From an uncultured Chloroflexia bacterium (GTDB taxonomy: Bacteria; Chloroflexota; Dehalococcoidia; SZUA-161), in the NCBI GenBank assembly GCA_963827295.1, contig CAWHAI010000022.1:2324-66323 (forward strand): a DNA stretch of 64,000 nt. The letters run 5' to 3'. A program made the position numbers and the translations under genes. Positions 52,837 through 63,841 of this stretch are shown here, piece after piece. The stretch's first letter is position 1; every line of letters starts with the position of its first letter. The notes under the pieces are model-generated. The model did no database searches, had not been told where the DNA came from, and saw only the letters and a list, made by a program, of their open reading frames with translations.

Positions 52837-55800
52837 TTAAATCTGACCTCTATTCTCCGCTTTAAAGTTCTCCTCCCCGACTATATCAACAAGTTGGTGA
52901 TGTAGCTCAGGGCAATAACCAGTAGCCAAGTCAGGCATCTCTAGCTTGGTAACCCCTTCGCTGCCTAGAATAGCAAGGGCTACTTTATCTTCACCAGGGA
53001 ATTGCTTGATTGTGTCAACAATCTTTCTCAGGCGTACGACATCGGCCTCAGCATTTTCAGAAGTGGTGATTCTGATTTGCAGCTTTCGGCGGGTTGGGGC
53101 TGCTTGGGGCTGCGCTGGCATATCAGGAGACTCTTCGGCACCGCCTGGCTGATACAAGGATGCGCTCAGGCAAGTCAGTTGTACGCGTTCACCTCTGGCT
53201 TTAACTTTTCCCTTGACAATGAGGTTATTCCCCTCCTGCCAGAGGTTCTTGGTTCGTTCATATACCTCGGTCCAGGCCGTGACCTCTATACTGCCACCGA
53301 AATCCTCCAGAACAGCGCTGACGAAGGGCCGCTTATCCTTGGTGAACATCTGCCGCACTGAGGTTATCGTCCCTGCTGTAACCACCGTCTGGCCTACCAG
53401 TTCCTCGCCAATCTGCCCACAGAAGACATCAACCTTTGCAGCCAACCGTTGCGAGAAGTGGCTAAGCGAATGATCGGAAAGATATACGCCCAGTAGTTCC
53501 TTCTCCCAAGCCAGCTTCTCTCTTACAGGGACTTCCACATTTGGCAGCTCAATGCCGGGCAGTGGCACTTCTACATTCTGGCCCCATAGGTCGAACATAG
53601 TGGACTGGCCTTTCTCCTTGAGACGTTGCTCAGTTTGAGATAGAGAAAGGATACGGTCAACCCCAGCCAGAAGGGCACCACGGTTTCCCAAAGAGTCCAG
53701 CGCCCCGGCCTTAATTATGCTCTCCAGAGCTCGTTTGTTCAGGTTTCTCAGGTCAGCCCGGCGGCTAAAGTCCTCGATTGACTTAAACGGGCCGCCTTGT
53801 TCACGGGCAGCTATGATAGGTCTAATCGCTGCAGCACCGACGTTCTTAATCGCCGCCAAGCCGAAGCGAATAGCCGGCGGAGCGCCTTCATCCCGTTCAA
53901 TAGTGAAGATCTCTCCGCTTCGGCTGACATCCGGTGGCAATACTCTAATGCCCAGGCGCTGGCATTCTGCAATTGCCAACGCCACCTTCTCTGCCTGCCC
54001 CATGTTTATGGTGAGGAGTGCGGACATGAACTCCAATGGGTAGCTCGCTTTGAGATAGGCGGTCTGGTAAGCAATCATGGCATAGCTTATACTGTGCGCC
54101 TTATTGAAGGCATAGCCAGCAAACGGCTCAATAAGGCTCCAAACCTGTTCCGCCAGTTCCTTGGGGAAACCATTCTTTCTTGCCCCCGCGATGAAGCGTT
54201 GCATCTCTTTCTTCATCACCTCAGGGATTTTCTTCCCCATAGCCTTGCGTACGATATCGGCCTCACCCAGGCTGTAGCCTGCAAACGCTTGAACAATAAG
54301 CAGCACTTGGTCTTGATATACAATAACACCATAGGTTTCCTGGAGGATTTCTGCGAGGGTAGGATGAGGGAAGCGAATGGGCTCCAGCCCATGTTTTGCT
54401 CTGATGAAGGTAGGAATATGCTGCTTCGGTCCTGGGCGATAGAGCGCTATCATGGCAGCAATATCGCCGAAGCAACTGGGCTTGAGTTCTTTTATAAAAC
54501 GGCGCATGGGCGCACTTTCAAGCTGAAACACCCCGGTGGTCTCGCCTTCTGAAAGGAGACCGAAGGTCTTCTTATCATCAAGCGGAAGACGGTGTAGGTC
54601 CAGATCAATGCCTTGGGTTTTAGCTATGTTTTGCTTCGCCTTCTCCAGGATAGTGAGATTCGCCAGCCCCAGGAAGTCCATTTTAAGTAGACCGATCTTG
54701 GCGATGTCGTCCATAGCGAACTGGGTCATGTTTATGCTCTGCTCATCGCCCCTGCTGGGACGTTGCAGTGGGACATGGTTGATGAGGGGCTCCCTAGATA
54801 TGACTACACCAGCGGCGTGGGTGGAAGCATGACGGGCTACCCCCTCCAGTTTCTTTGCAGTATCGATAAGATGTTTGATATGGGCATCGCTATTATAGCT
54901 GTTACGTAGGTCGCTAATGGTTTCGAGTGATTCACCTATGGTGACCGCTGGACCGAGAGGTATCTGTCTTGCTACCAGGTCTACGTCTCCATAGGGCATC
55001 CCCAAAGCTCGTCCTACATCCCTAATAGCTGCCCGAGCACCCATGGTGCCGAAGGTGATAATCTGGGCTACATGGTCGTGCCCGTATTTTTGAGCTACGT
55101 ATGAGATAACCTCATCGCGGCGGTTGTCCTGAAAATCGAGGTCAATATCGGGCATCTCCTTGCGCTCTACATTAAGGAAACGCTCGAAAACCAGCCTGTG
55201 CGCCAACGGGTCTATATCCGTGATGCCCAGACAGTAGAGGACGATGCTGGCAGCAGCGCTGCCCCGGACGCCGAACAGTATATTCTGTTTGCGGACAAAA
55301 GAGATGACATCGTGAATCACCAGGAAATAATTGGCGAATTGGGTCCGCTTTATAACCTCTAGCTCATATTCAAGCCTCTGCAGTACCTGAGGAGGAAACT
55401 CAGGGTAACGTACTGTGATCCCCTGATGTGAGAGCTCCGCAAGATATTCATCGGCAGTTTTGCCCCGGGGCAACTCTACTTCGGGGAGATGGAGACGGCC
55501 GAATCCCAGGTCAAGGTTGCAAAGCTCAACAACGCGCTCTGTATTGGTCAATGCTTCAGGTTGCTCAGCAAAGAGCTCTTCCATCTCCTTAGGGCTCTTG
55601 AGGTAAAAAGAGTCCCCGGACATCTTAGGGCGTTTATCGTTATAAATAGTGTTGTTAGTCTGAATGCAGAGCAGGATGTCATGAGCGTAGGCATCGTCTT
55701 TATTTATGTAATGAACATCGTTGGTGGCCACAAGAGGGATATCCAGCTTACGACTTAGATTAACCAATTCTTTGTTTATCTGAGCAAGCTCTGGTACATC

Positions 55801-56319
55801 GTGCTTCTGTAACTCGAAGTAGAAATCGCCGAAAACCTCCTTGTGCCAACGGGCAGCCTTCTCTGCATCCTCGAGGCGACCTTCCACTATAAGGCGTCCC
55901 ACTTCTCCATTGGGACAGGCAGAGAGCGCGATCAGCCCTTCGTGGTGTTTAGAGAGCAGCCCTTTGTCCACCCTTGGCTTGTAGTAGAATCCCTCGAGGT
56001 GGGCTGTAGTGACGAGTTTGAGCAGATTATGATATCCGACTTTGTTCTTGACCAGAAGGATGAGGTGATAAGAAGTCTTCTCGGCTGCGAGCTTGTTCTC
56101 TCTCTCCTTGGGGGCTACATAAACCTCGCAGCCCACGATAGGCTTTATCGCTGCCTCTTTGGCTTCGCGGTAGAATGTGATTACGCCGTAGAGCGCCCCA
56201 TGATCAGTGATAGCCAGGCTGTGCATGCCCAGCTCTTTAGCTCTAGCAATGAGAGGTTTGATTTGGCACATCCCATCGAGGAGGCTATATTCAGTATGGA
56301 CATGAAGGTGAGTAAACAT
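52837..56319 (-). CDS. dnaE: DNA polymerase III alpha subunit
   Basis: MFTHLHVHTEYSLLDG PHP start at the ATG at 56319. About 1160 aa, uninterrupted. Confidence 0.95.
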   Translation of the reverse strand: MFTHLHVHTEYSLLDGMCQIKPLIARAKELGMHSLAITDHGALYGVITFYREAKEAAIKPIVGCEVYVAPKERENKLAAEKTSYHLILLVKNKVGYHNLLKLVTTAHLEGFYYKPRVDKGLLSKHHEGLIALSACPNGEVGRLIVEGRLEDAEKAARWHKEVFGDFYFELQKHDVPELAQINKELVNLSRKLDIPLVATNDVHYINKDDAYAHDILLCIQTNNTIYNDKRPKMSGDSFYLKSPKEMEELFAEQPEALTNTERVVELCNLDLGFGRLHLPEVELPRGKTADEYLAELSHQGITVRYPEFPPQVLQRLEYELEVIKRTQFANYFLVIHDVISFVRKQNILFGVRGSAAASIVLYCLGITDIDPLAHRLVFERFLNVERKEMPDIDLDFQDNRRDEVISYVAQKYGHDHVAQIITFGTMGARAAIRDVGRALGMPYGDVDLVARQIPLGPAVTIGESLETISDLRNSYNSDAHIKHLIDTAKKLEGVARHASTHAAGVVISREPLINHVPLQRPSRGDEQSINMTQFAMDDIAKIGLLKMDFLGLANLTILEKAKQNIAKTQGIDLDLHRLPLDDKKTFGLLSEGETTGVFQLESAPMRRFIKELKPSCFGDIAAMIALYRPGPKQHIPTFIRAKHGLEPIRFPHPTLAEILQETYGVIVYQDQVLLIVQAFAGYSLGEADIVRKAMGKKIPEVMKKEMQRFIAGARKNGFPKELAEQVWSLIEPFAGYAFNKAHSISYAMIAYQTAYLKASYPLEFMSALLTINMGQAEKVALAIAECQRLGIRVLPPDVSRSGEIFTIERDEGAPPAIRFGLAAIKNVGAAAIRPIIAAREQGGPFKSIEDFSRRADLRNLNKRALESIIKAGALDSLGNRGALLAGVDRILSLSQTEQRLKEKGQSTMFDLWGQNVEVPLPGIELPNVEVPVREKLAWEKELLGVYLSDHSLSHFSQRLAAKVDVFCGQIGEELVGQTVVTAGTITSVRQMFTKDKRPFVSAVLEDFGGSIEVTAWTEVYERTKNLWQEGNNLIVKGKVKARGERVQLTCLSASLYQPGGAEESPDMPAQPQAAPTRRKLQIRITTSENAEADVVRLRKIVDTIKQFPGEDKVALAILGSEGVTKLEMPDLATGYCPELHHQLVDIVGEENFKAENRGQI

Positions 56320-56649
56320 GAGCTTGCTGCTATTATAGCATGGGTTTCTTATCCCTGGGAGATAATGTAAGCTGATGCGAAAAGTGTTGAAAAATTCTTC
56401 AGAAAAGGAACAACCACCGTGCACATAGAGATACCTATTCGGTGCTAATAAGTAGCATGTGAATTAAGAATAAGACAAATTTCCAGTAAGGGCAGGGTAA
56501 GCGAGCCTCTACCTCCAAATAACCTCCAGGATGAAGTTGACATGGTCTCTGGAGATTGTTATTGTAAAGTAGTTACTCGCTCCAAGAATTTTTAGCAATC
56601 CTTTCGCCCGTGAAGGGCGTGTGGAGTTTTCCTGCTAGGGGAGACTGCG

Positions 56650-58046
56650 ATGACAGATCAGGATATCTGCTGGATGAGCGCTGTGGACCTGGCCAAGGCG
56701 ATTAAGAAGAAAAAGCTCTCCCCTGTAGAAGTGGTCAGAGTTGTTCTGGAGCGCATGGAAGATATCAACCCCAAGGTCAATGCCTATGTTACAGTAACTG
56801 CAGATTCAGCCCTGGCCGAGGCGAAGAAGGCCGAGAAGGCTCTGATGAAAGAGAACGAGCTAGGGCCTCTTCATGGTGTGCCTTTTTCCGTAAAGGACTT
56901 GATTTTCACCGAGGGCGTGCGCACCACCTTTGGCTGCAAGCTGCTGGAGGACTTTGTCCCTGAGGAAGATGCTATCTGTGTTACCCGCTTGAAAAAAGCG
57001 GGGGCTATCTTGCTGGGGAAAACCAATACCTCAGAGTTTGGCTTCAAGCCGCTCACCGACAACCTGCTCTTCGGAGCAACTCGCAATCCCTGGAATCTGG
57101 ACAAAACATCGGGAGGCTCCAGCGGGGGCGCTGCCGCTGCTGTGGCTTCCGGGCTGGGGCCCCTGGCTGTTGGAGCCGATGGCGGGGGCTCAATCCGCAT
57201 TCCCTCAAGCTGCTGCGGCGTCTTCGGCATCAAGCCTCAACTGGGACGTATACCTCGTTATCCCAGCATCGCCTGGAGGCGAGTTCATAACCCATGAGGG
57301 GCCTATCACAAGGACGGTCAGGAGATGCGGCTTTGATGCTCGATGTTATGGCTGGCTTTCATTGGGGTGACGGGTACTCTTTCCCTTCGCCTAATGCCAA
57401 ATTCACCAAATCGCTTGGAGCCGGAGTTAAAGGGCTCAAGATTGCCTGGAGCCCCGACCTGGGCTATGCCACCGTTGACCCGCAGGTCAAGGAAATCTGC
57501 GCACGGGCGGCAAAGGAGTTTTCCAAGCTGGGGGCAAAAGTAGAGGAAGCATACCCTGGCTTCGCTAACCCTGAAATCCACGTTGGGACAATTTTCGGCG
57601 CCGATGCCCTGGAAGCACTCTCGGTGCTCGGGCCTATTGACCAGCTTCTTGACAAGCTGAGCCCTCTCTCAGCAGCGATGCTGTTCGTGTCAGGTGGGCT
57701 GAAGGCTACTGACTACGCCAGGGTTTTACTCGCCAAGCAAGAGCTCACAATTAAGTTAGGCAAGTTCTTTCAGGCCTATGACTTGCTGCTAACCCCTACC
57801 CTCCCCTCACCCCCTCTGCCCGTAGATTTTGAAGACCCGATCGGCTTTCTAAAGTGGGCAAATTTTACCTTCCCTTTCAATTTAACGGGCCAGCCGGCTG
57901 CTTCCATACCAGCCGGGTGGGTTGATGGTTTGCCTGTGGGGCTTCAGATTGTGGGCAGGCCCTACGATGAGATAACTGTATTCCGTGCAGCGGCGGCATT
58001 TGAAGCAGCACATCCCTGGACGCACAGGAAACCGTCTCTAGGCTAG
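56650..58046 (+). CDS. amidase-signature family protein (GatA-like amidase; two frame breaks ~57270-57290 and ~57320)
   Basis: GKTNTSEFG, GGSSGGAAAAVA, GADGGGSIRIPSSCCG. THEGPITRTVR is in a second frame. DAALMLDVMAG... is in a third. Confidence 0.85.
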
Positions 58047-58219
58047 TTGGTGCTGTAAATCGGCGGAGTACTTTTTTACTATGGTACATTAGGAGTATTG
58101 GATGCCTCCAGACCTCTCGTAGACGTTGCTTCTGTCCGTTGTTTTTGATATTATGGGCCTTAAATAAGGCCGCTGATTTGGGTTTGCTTTATCGAGGGGT
58201 TCGGGGGTGCAATAGCATC

Positions 58220-60119
58220 ATGGGAGTGGACATAGAGGGGAAGCACAGAGGAAAAACAAGACAACAACTCCTGAAGGAACTGGATGCCCTGCAAGTGCAA
58301 GTGGCAGAATTAAAAGAGGCTGTAGTCCGAGAGCAAGTGGGCAGAGGAGGCGCTGAGGCAAGGCGAACGTGTAGCGGCAGCAACCATCGAGGGGATGCCC
58401 GATGGTGTTATGCTGGTAGACATGAAGGGCGAGATAATCTACGTAAATAAAGCCTTCGAGAGACTGCTCGGATATAAAGCCAATGACCTTATTGGAAAGT
58501 CAGCCCTCAGGCTGCCAACATATAGCAAGTCGAAAGATAAAGCCAAGGCCAGGGAATATCTAACAAGTGTCATTAAGAAAAGCAGCTTTATCCCTATTGA
58601 TATGAGTGCCGTCACCAAATCAGGTGATGAAATCCCCATCAATTTTACAGCTTCGGTGATAAAAGATGCCAAGGGCAACCCCAAAACCTTAGTTGCTGTC
58701 ATCAGAGATATCTCGGAACGTAAGCGGGCTGAGGAGGCACTGCGCGATTCCGAAGAATTGTCCCGAGGTATGCTAGAGGCCGCTACCACAGGTATATATA
58801 TGTTGCGGGATGGACAGTTCCAATATGTCAATCGCCTGTTTGAGAACATATTAGGCTATAAGAGTAAGGAGTTGATAGGTAGATATTCCCTCGATTACGT
58901 TCACCCTGATGATAGGCAGACAGTCAGAACAAAAGCAATAGAGGTTCTCAAAGGTCAGAGCAGCTCGCCTTATGAGTTCAGGCTCATCAGAAAGGATGCT
59001 CAAAGCATTTGGGTTCTGGACAGAGTCGCTTCCATACAATACAAGGGAAAACGCTCGATTTTGGGAACCCTCATGGATATCACTGAAAGGAAAATAGCTG
59101 AGGATGAGGTTGGGATCTATACCAAGCAACTCGAGACGCTGTTTAATATCGGGGCTACGGTGAGCCAAACATTGAATCTTGAAGAGCTTCTGAATAGCGT
59201 CCTTGATAAAGCAATAGAAGTAATGGGTATAGAGGCAAGCGGGATATTTTTGTTAGACGAGCCAACTAATAAACTTGCCCTAAGAGCACATCGCGGAATG
59301 TCTGCACAACTTGTTAAGGAGATAAAGGAACTAAATGTCAGTGATGGATTCATAGGGCAAGTGGCTAAATCAGGGAAGCCATTGCTAATGGAAGATGTCT
59401 CTGCCAATCATAGGCTTTCCCGAAGCAGGGTGAAAGCAGAAAAACTCAAATCCTTCGCTGCCGTTCCGATAATATCCAAGGAGAAGGTCCTGGGGGTGAT
59501 GGGCGTGGGTAGCCATAATCATCGCGAATTCCCGGATTGGGAAGTGAGGATGCTCGAAAGCATTTCTAATCAAATAGGCATGGCTATTGAGAACGCCCGG
59601 CTATATGAGCGTGCCCTGGAGCTTGCTTTTACCGATGGGTTGACTAGCCTCTACAATCGACGATATCTGATGGAACAAATAGAGCGAGAGTTCAGCCGAG
59701 CTGAGCGAAACAAAGAACCCCTGTCACTGATAATGGTTGACCTAGACGGGCTTAAGGAAATAAACGATCGCTTTGGCCACAATGAAGGCGATCAATTTCT
59801 AAGAGAAGTGGGGAGGATTATCAAAGTCAACACGCGTGCCTCCGACGTTGCGGCCCGGTGGGGAGGGGATGAATTCATGCTTCTCACTCCAGAAACCGAT
59901 AGTTCGAGATCCGCCAAGATTGCCGAGAGGATCAGAACTCAGGTAGAGCGGTACCGGATGAACGTAAATGGACGAGAAGTGGGAATTACAATAAGCGCTG
60001 GTGTGGTATCTTACCCAGCTCATGCTTCAGTGATTTCAGAGCTTATCAAAAATGCAGACGAGGCCATGTACAATGCTAAGAAACGCGGGAAGAACCAATC
60101 GTGTATTTTCTCGAACTAG
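58220..60119 (+). CDS. PAS-PAS-GAF-GGDEF diguanylate cyclase (frame break ~58325)
   Basis: Coiled-coil N-terminus, two PAS domains (...DISERK, ...DITERK), a GAF domain, then RxxD I-site + GGDEF (RASDVAARWGGDEFML). Confidence 0.88.
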
Positions 60120-60136
60120 AAAGGTGAGGAGGAAAC

Positions 60137-61192
60137 ATGAACATAGAAGAGCTATTGCGCTTGATGGTGCAAAAAGGAGCATCAGACCTACATTTGAGAG
60201 TGCCAAGCCCACCGGTGCTTCGTATTGACGGCACCCTGAGACCTCAAGAGGATTTACCAAGTGTCACTCCCCAGTTCATAAAAGAGTCGCTAGAACATAT
60301 AGCTAACGAGAGGCAACTGGAGAGGTTCTATAACGAGCTGGAACTAGATATGGCGCACGGTATTCCTGGGTTAGCTCGTTTTAGGGTCAATGCCTTTTTT
60401 CAAAGAGGAACAATCAGCATCGCCATTCGGCAGATACCGATCAAGGTGCCAACCATTGATGAATTAGGTCTTCCCCAAGTTTGCAAGACCCTAGCCATGA
60501 AGCAGAGGGGATTGGTTTTGGTGACTGGTCAAACTGGACAGGGTAAATCTACTACCCTGGCTGCCATGATTAATCACATAAACAAGAATGACAGGCGAAA
60601 TGTAATCACCATCGAGGACCCAATCGAGTACCTACACCAACATGAAAAGTGTCTCATTGCCCAGAGGGAGTTGGGGGATGACACCAAATCTTTCGCCAAC
60701 GCCTTAAAACACTCCCTGCGAGAAGACCCTGACGTCATACTCGTAGGGGAGATGAGAGATTTGGAAACAATATCCACAGCAATCACCGCTGCAGAAACAG
60801 GCCACTTAGTCATGAGCACAGTGCACACCGCGAACGCTCCCCAGACCATCGACCGCATAATAGACGTATTCCCGCCTCACCAGCAGGAGCAAATCCGATT
60901 CCAGCTATCGCTGGTGCTAGAAGGTGTGCTCTCGCAGCTTCTCATACCCAGGGCTAGCGGCAGAGGAAGAATAGCCGCTATAGAGATTATGATAGCCACC
61001 GATGCTATACGGAATCTCGTCCGTGAAGGCAAAACAGAGCAAATCCCTAGTTACATGCAGACAGGCAGACAGTTAGAGATGCAGACTATGGACCAAGCCC
61101 TGCAGGAGCTCGTCAGAACCGGCATTATCACTTTGGAAGAAGCACTGCTTCGATGCACTAAACCTGAAGAACTTAAACGCATGCGCGTCTAA
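60137..61192 (+). CDS. pilT: type IV pilus retraction ATPase PilT
   Basis: ASDLHL, GQTGQGKSTT Walker A, RQDPDV-like REDPDVILVGEMRD, VMSTVHT. Confidence 0.9.
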   Translation: MNIEELLRLMVQKGASDLHLRVPSPPVLRIDGTLRPQEDLPSVTPQFIKESLEHIANERQLERFYNELELDMAHGIPGLARFRVNAFFQRGTISIAIRQIPIKVPTIDELGLPQVCKTLAMKQRGLVLVTGQTGQGKSTTLAAMINHINKNDRRNVITIEDPIEYLHQHEKCLIAQRELGDDTKSFANALKHSLREDPDVILVGEMRDLETISTAITAAETGHLVMSTVHTANAPQTIDRIIDVFPPHQQEQIRFQLSLVLEGVLSQLLIPRASGRGRIAAIEIMIATDAIRNLVREGKTEQIPSYMQTGRQLEMQTMDQALQELVRTGIITLEEALLRCTKPEELKRMRV

Positions 61193-61528
61193 GTGTACTC
61201 GCTAAAGGTGCCCCTGCTAGAAGATGGGAGCCTGTGCTCTTGTCTGACTTCTGGGCTTGGGATTATCCCCGGCCAAGTTGACCGTTTGAGTGCTGGTCAT
61301 AAATACCATAAATAATTACACTGAGGTAATTCAGCACGAAATAGATTCAGTTCGAGGGCGGTTAGCTCAACGGATATGGCGCTTGCTTCCCATTCAGACG
61401 CTCCCCAGCAAGCTACATCTACCGGAAGAAAGACCGACCTTGCCTTTTCGCCGCGCTTGTATTATAGTTTTGACCGAAATAGGGATTCTCATATAAAAGA
61501 TGCATTCTAGCTGCATGTTAGAGGTCTT

Positions 61529-62165
61529 TTGCAGATAAAGTTTTCCACGGGTCTCAAATATGGCCTGGCGATGGCCATAATCTTTGGCATAGCACTATTT
61601 CTGCGTATTAAATTTCCCTATCATAATGTTTTTACGAATGGCTGGGTCAACTTCCAGGAGACCGATTGCTACTATAACATGCGGCAATTGGAGATTCTGG
61701 CTCGTAATTTCCCGCACCGGATGCTCTTCGACCCTTATTACTTATATCCCGGGGAGGAGCAATTGGTTCGCCACCATTTTTCTACCTGTTTCTTGGCTTT
61801 TTTGCCTGGGTCTTCGGTGCTGGCTCCCCCACTGAAAAAGTTGTAGAGACGGTAGGTGCCTATTTGCCAGCCATCCTGGGAGCTCTAGTGACCGTGCCGG
61901 TGTATTTTATAGGGAGAGAGCTACTAAACAAGAAGGCTGGCCTTCTGGCTGCAGCTCTGATTGCCATTTTACCCGGTCAATTCCTATGGCGCTCCATGCT
62001 GGGATTCCCCGATTACCATGTCAGCGAAACCCTGTTCAGTGCCCTAGCTATGATGTTCTTAATAATGGCACTGAAAAGCGCAAAGCAAAAAGAAATCTCT
62101 TTCAAGAGCCTACTGAAGAGAGATTGGGGAACATTAAGAAGGCCTCTAATCTATTCCCTGCTGGC
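61529..62165 (+). CDS. STT3/AglB-type oligosaccharyltransferase-like membrane protein, 5' part only (frame break ~61775; truncated at composition junction ~62150-62166)
   Basis: FQETDCYYNMRQLE...FPHRMLFDPYYLYPGE, then (shifted) PPFFYLFLGFFAWVFG...YLPAILGALVTVPVYFIGREL...FPDYHVSE. The start codon is uncertain. Confidence 0.6.
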
Positions 62166-62438
62166 TGGGACAACAAGTTCGACCGCTCCGGCAGGAAGAA
62201 CAACTGGCCGTTCTGGCAGGCGACGTCCTACTAGGCGCTGTGGTCGTATTTCATTGAGGCGTCCGCGAAGAACAAGGATTTCAGTGCGCTCATCGTGAAG
62301 TGCTTTGAGATCGACTACGCCGAGACGAAGGACGACGTGGATTTCAAGGCGGGCGAGATGATCTTCCGGTCCAGCTATCCCCACGTTGAAGAAGATCCGA
62401 TGCGCCCTACTCTCTGGCGCGGCGGCTCTATTAGGTGA
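62166..62438 (+). other. 3' fragment of an unidentified gene with in-frame TAG (62232-62234)
   Basis: WDNKFDRSGRKNNWPFWQATSY*ALWSYFIEASAKNKDFSALIVKCFEIDYAETKDDVDFKAGEMIFRSSYPH...GGSIR*. GC content is visibly higher than the flanks. No start codon. Confidence 0.35.
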
Positions 62439-62624
62439 GAAAACAAGGGTGGCAGTACCTTCCCGAAGTGATAGTGTCTAATCCCATGCTTTAACCACAC
62501 TTAAATGCTTTTAAATTGGATCGTGTGACTAAACTTTACATGAGTACAACTGCATGATCGGGTAGTGAGCACTCTTAGAGATAAACACATTCTTGATGAA
62601 GATAGATTACCCTAACCATGAAAT

Positions 62625-63569
62625 CTACGGAAATATTGATTGCTTCTCTCGTGCCCCGGTCGATTTTGACATCATTGAAAAAACGTTCCGCGCGAAGCCC
62701 GCCCATCCCCACGGCGCGGTGTCCACCCAGCTCCAGCCGTAGAGCGGATCAAGCATCCAGGCGCCCGTGCTGTAGGGCACCCATCCGGCTGACATCGCGG
62801 TCGGGACCCAGACGGGGCCGTAGGTGGGCACGACTCGCCAGGTCCCGTAGCGGTCGAGATCGCTCACACCGTACGTCCCGGGAGCGACATACCGGGCGCT
62901 CACCGCGTCCAGGAGCGCGTCGGTGCGGGCGTAGTTCCATTTGTCCCAGTCATCGAGCTGTGGCGCCACATACGAGGTGACTTGCGGGTTCGCCGTACCC
63001 TCGATAACCACCTCCTCGCTCGGCACGATGGCGACGGCTTGCCCGCTGCCAGGGGTGACGGTGGCCTGGCCGGCTCGGCGGCTGATGAACGAGGTGCGCT
63101 CGCCGGTGACGTCCACGCGGTAGTAGCCCGGACGCTCGATAGTGAAGGCCGCGTTCGGCGTGTCCACCTCCACCGTAAGCCCGGGCTCGAGCGCGCGCAG
63201 GTCAAAGGAGGCGTGCCCCGCGGTCACCTTGAATTGAAGAAAATCCGGTTCCTGGTTCTCCAGGCCGATCTGGGTGTTCGCCCACCCGCGCACGAAGGCG
63301 CGCGCGCCGATCTGAAGTTCCAGATTGCCCGGGGACCCGGTAGAGAGTTCGTCACCCGGGGCGAGAGGGGTATTGACCCGCGCCTGCGCCCAGTCCTGGG
63401 CGCCCGGGCGCCAGAACGATACCTGGCCTTCCACCATGCTCAGCCGCGGCGGCGTCCGGCCGATCGCGGCCTGTTGCGGCTCTGGCGCGTCGGCCCCCCG
63501 CGCGGTCGCCGGCACGCCCGTCAGCACGGCGAGCGCCAGCATGAACCTGATGATCCTTCTGGCACGCAT
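62625..63569 (-). CDS. secreted FecR-like / DUF6600-like protein, C-terminally truncated at a junction near 62695
   Basis: Signal peptide MRARRIIRFMLALAVLTGVPATARG. A G-x-V-x-x-x-R-P-G FecR-like beta region. YGTWRVVPTYGPVWVP...WVPYSTGAW...GWSWVDTAPWGW repeats. Very high GC. The last ~25 codons are AT-rich read-through. Confidence 0.55.
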   Translation of the reverse strand: MRARRIIRFMLALAVLTGVPATARGADAPEPQQAAIGRTPPRLSMVEGQVSFWRPGAQDWAQARVNTPLAPGDELSTGSPGNLELQIGARAFVRGWANTQIGLENQEPDFLQFKVTAGHASFDLRALEPGLTVEVDTPNAAFTIERPGYYRVDVTGERTSFISRRAGQATVTPGSGQAVAIVPSEEVVIEGTANPQVTSYVAPQLDDWDKWNYARTDALLDAVSARYVAPGTYGVSDLDRYGTWRVVPTYGPVWVPTAMSAGWVPYSTGAWMLDPLYGWSWVDTAPWGWAGFARNVFSMMSKSTGAREKQSIFP

Positions 63570-63809
63570 CCCCGGATCCTCTCTTGCCTGTTAGACCGAG
63601 TGCCTTATAGCGGAATGCGGCCCCGGCCGCCCGCCCGGCCCTCCTCGTGACATGCGGGAATCTCTTCGCGGTGATTCTGGGCGACATTCAAGGCGCAATT
63701 GCACAGCCGGCATGGATAATGACTCACTGAGCATTCACCAGCAAGTGAAATAATACATGAATGCGCGGGTGCTCCCTCGTTGCCGAGGCCCCGACCCGCG
63801 GACCATGCG

Positions 63810-63841
63810 AACGGTCGGGAGCTTGGTTGTTCCCGACCGTT
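63810..63841. terminator. 11-bp hairpin in high-GC segment
   Basis: aacggtcggga-gcttggttgt-tcccgaccgtt. Confidence 0.35.

Noticed and set aside
61340-61430. tRNA-like stretch (…GGCGGTTAGCTCAACGGATATGGCGC…) and the 68-aa ORF 61290-61496
   Set aside because: Only a D-arm-like segment is present. I could not fold an acceptor stem, anticodon arm or T-arm. The ORF has no RBS or recognisable family.
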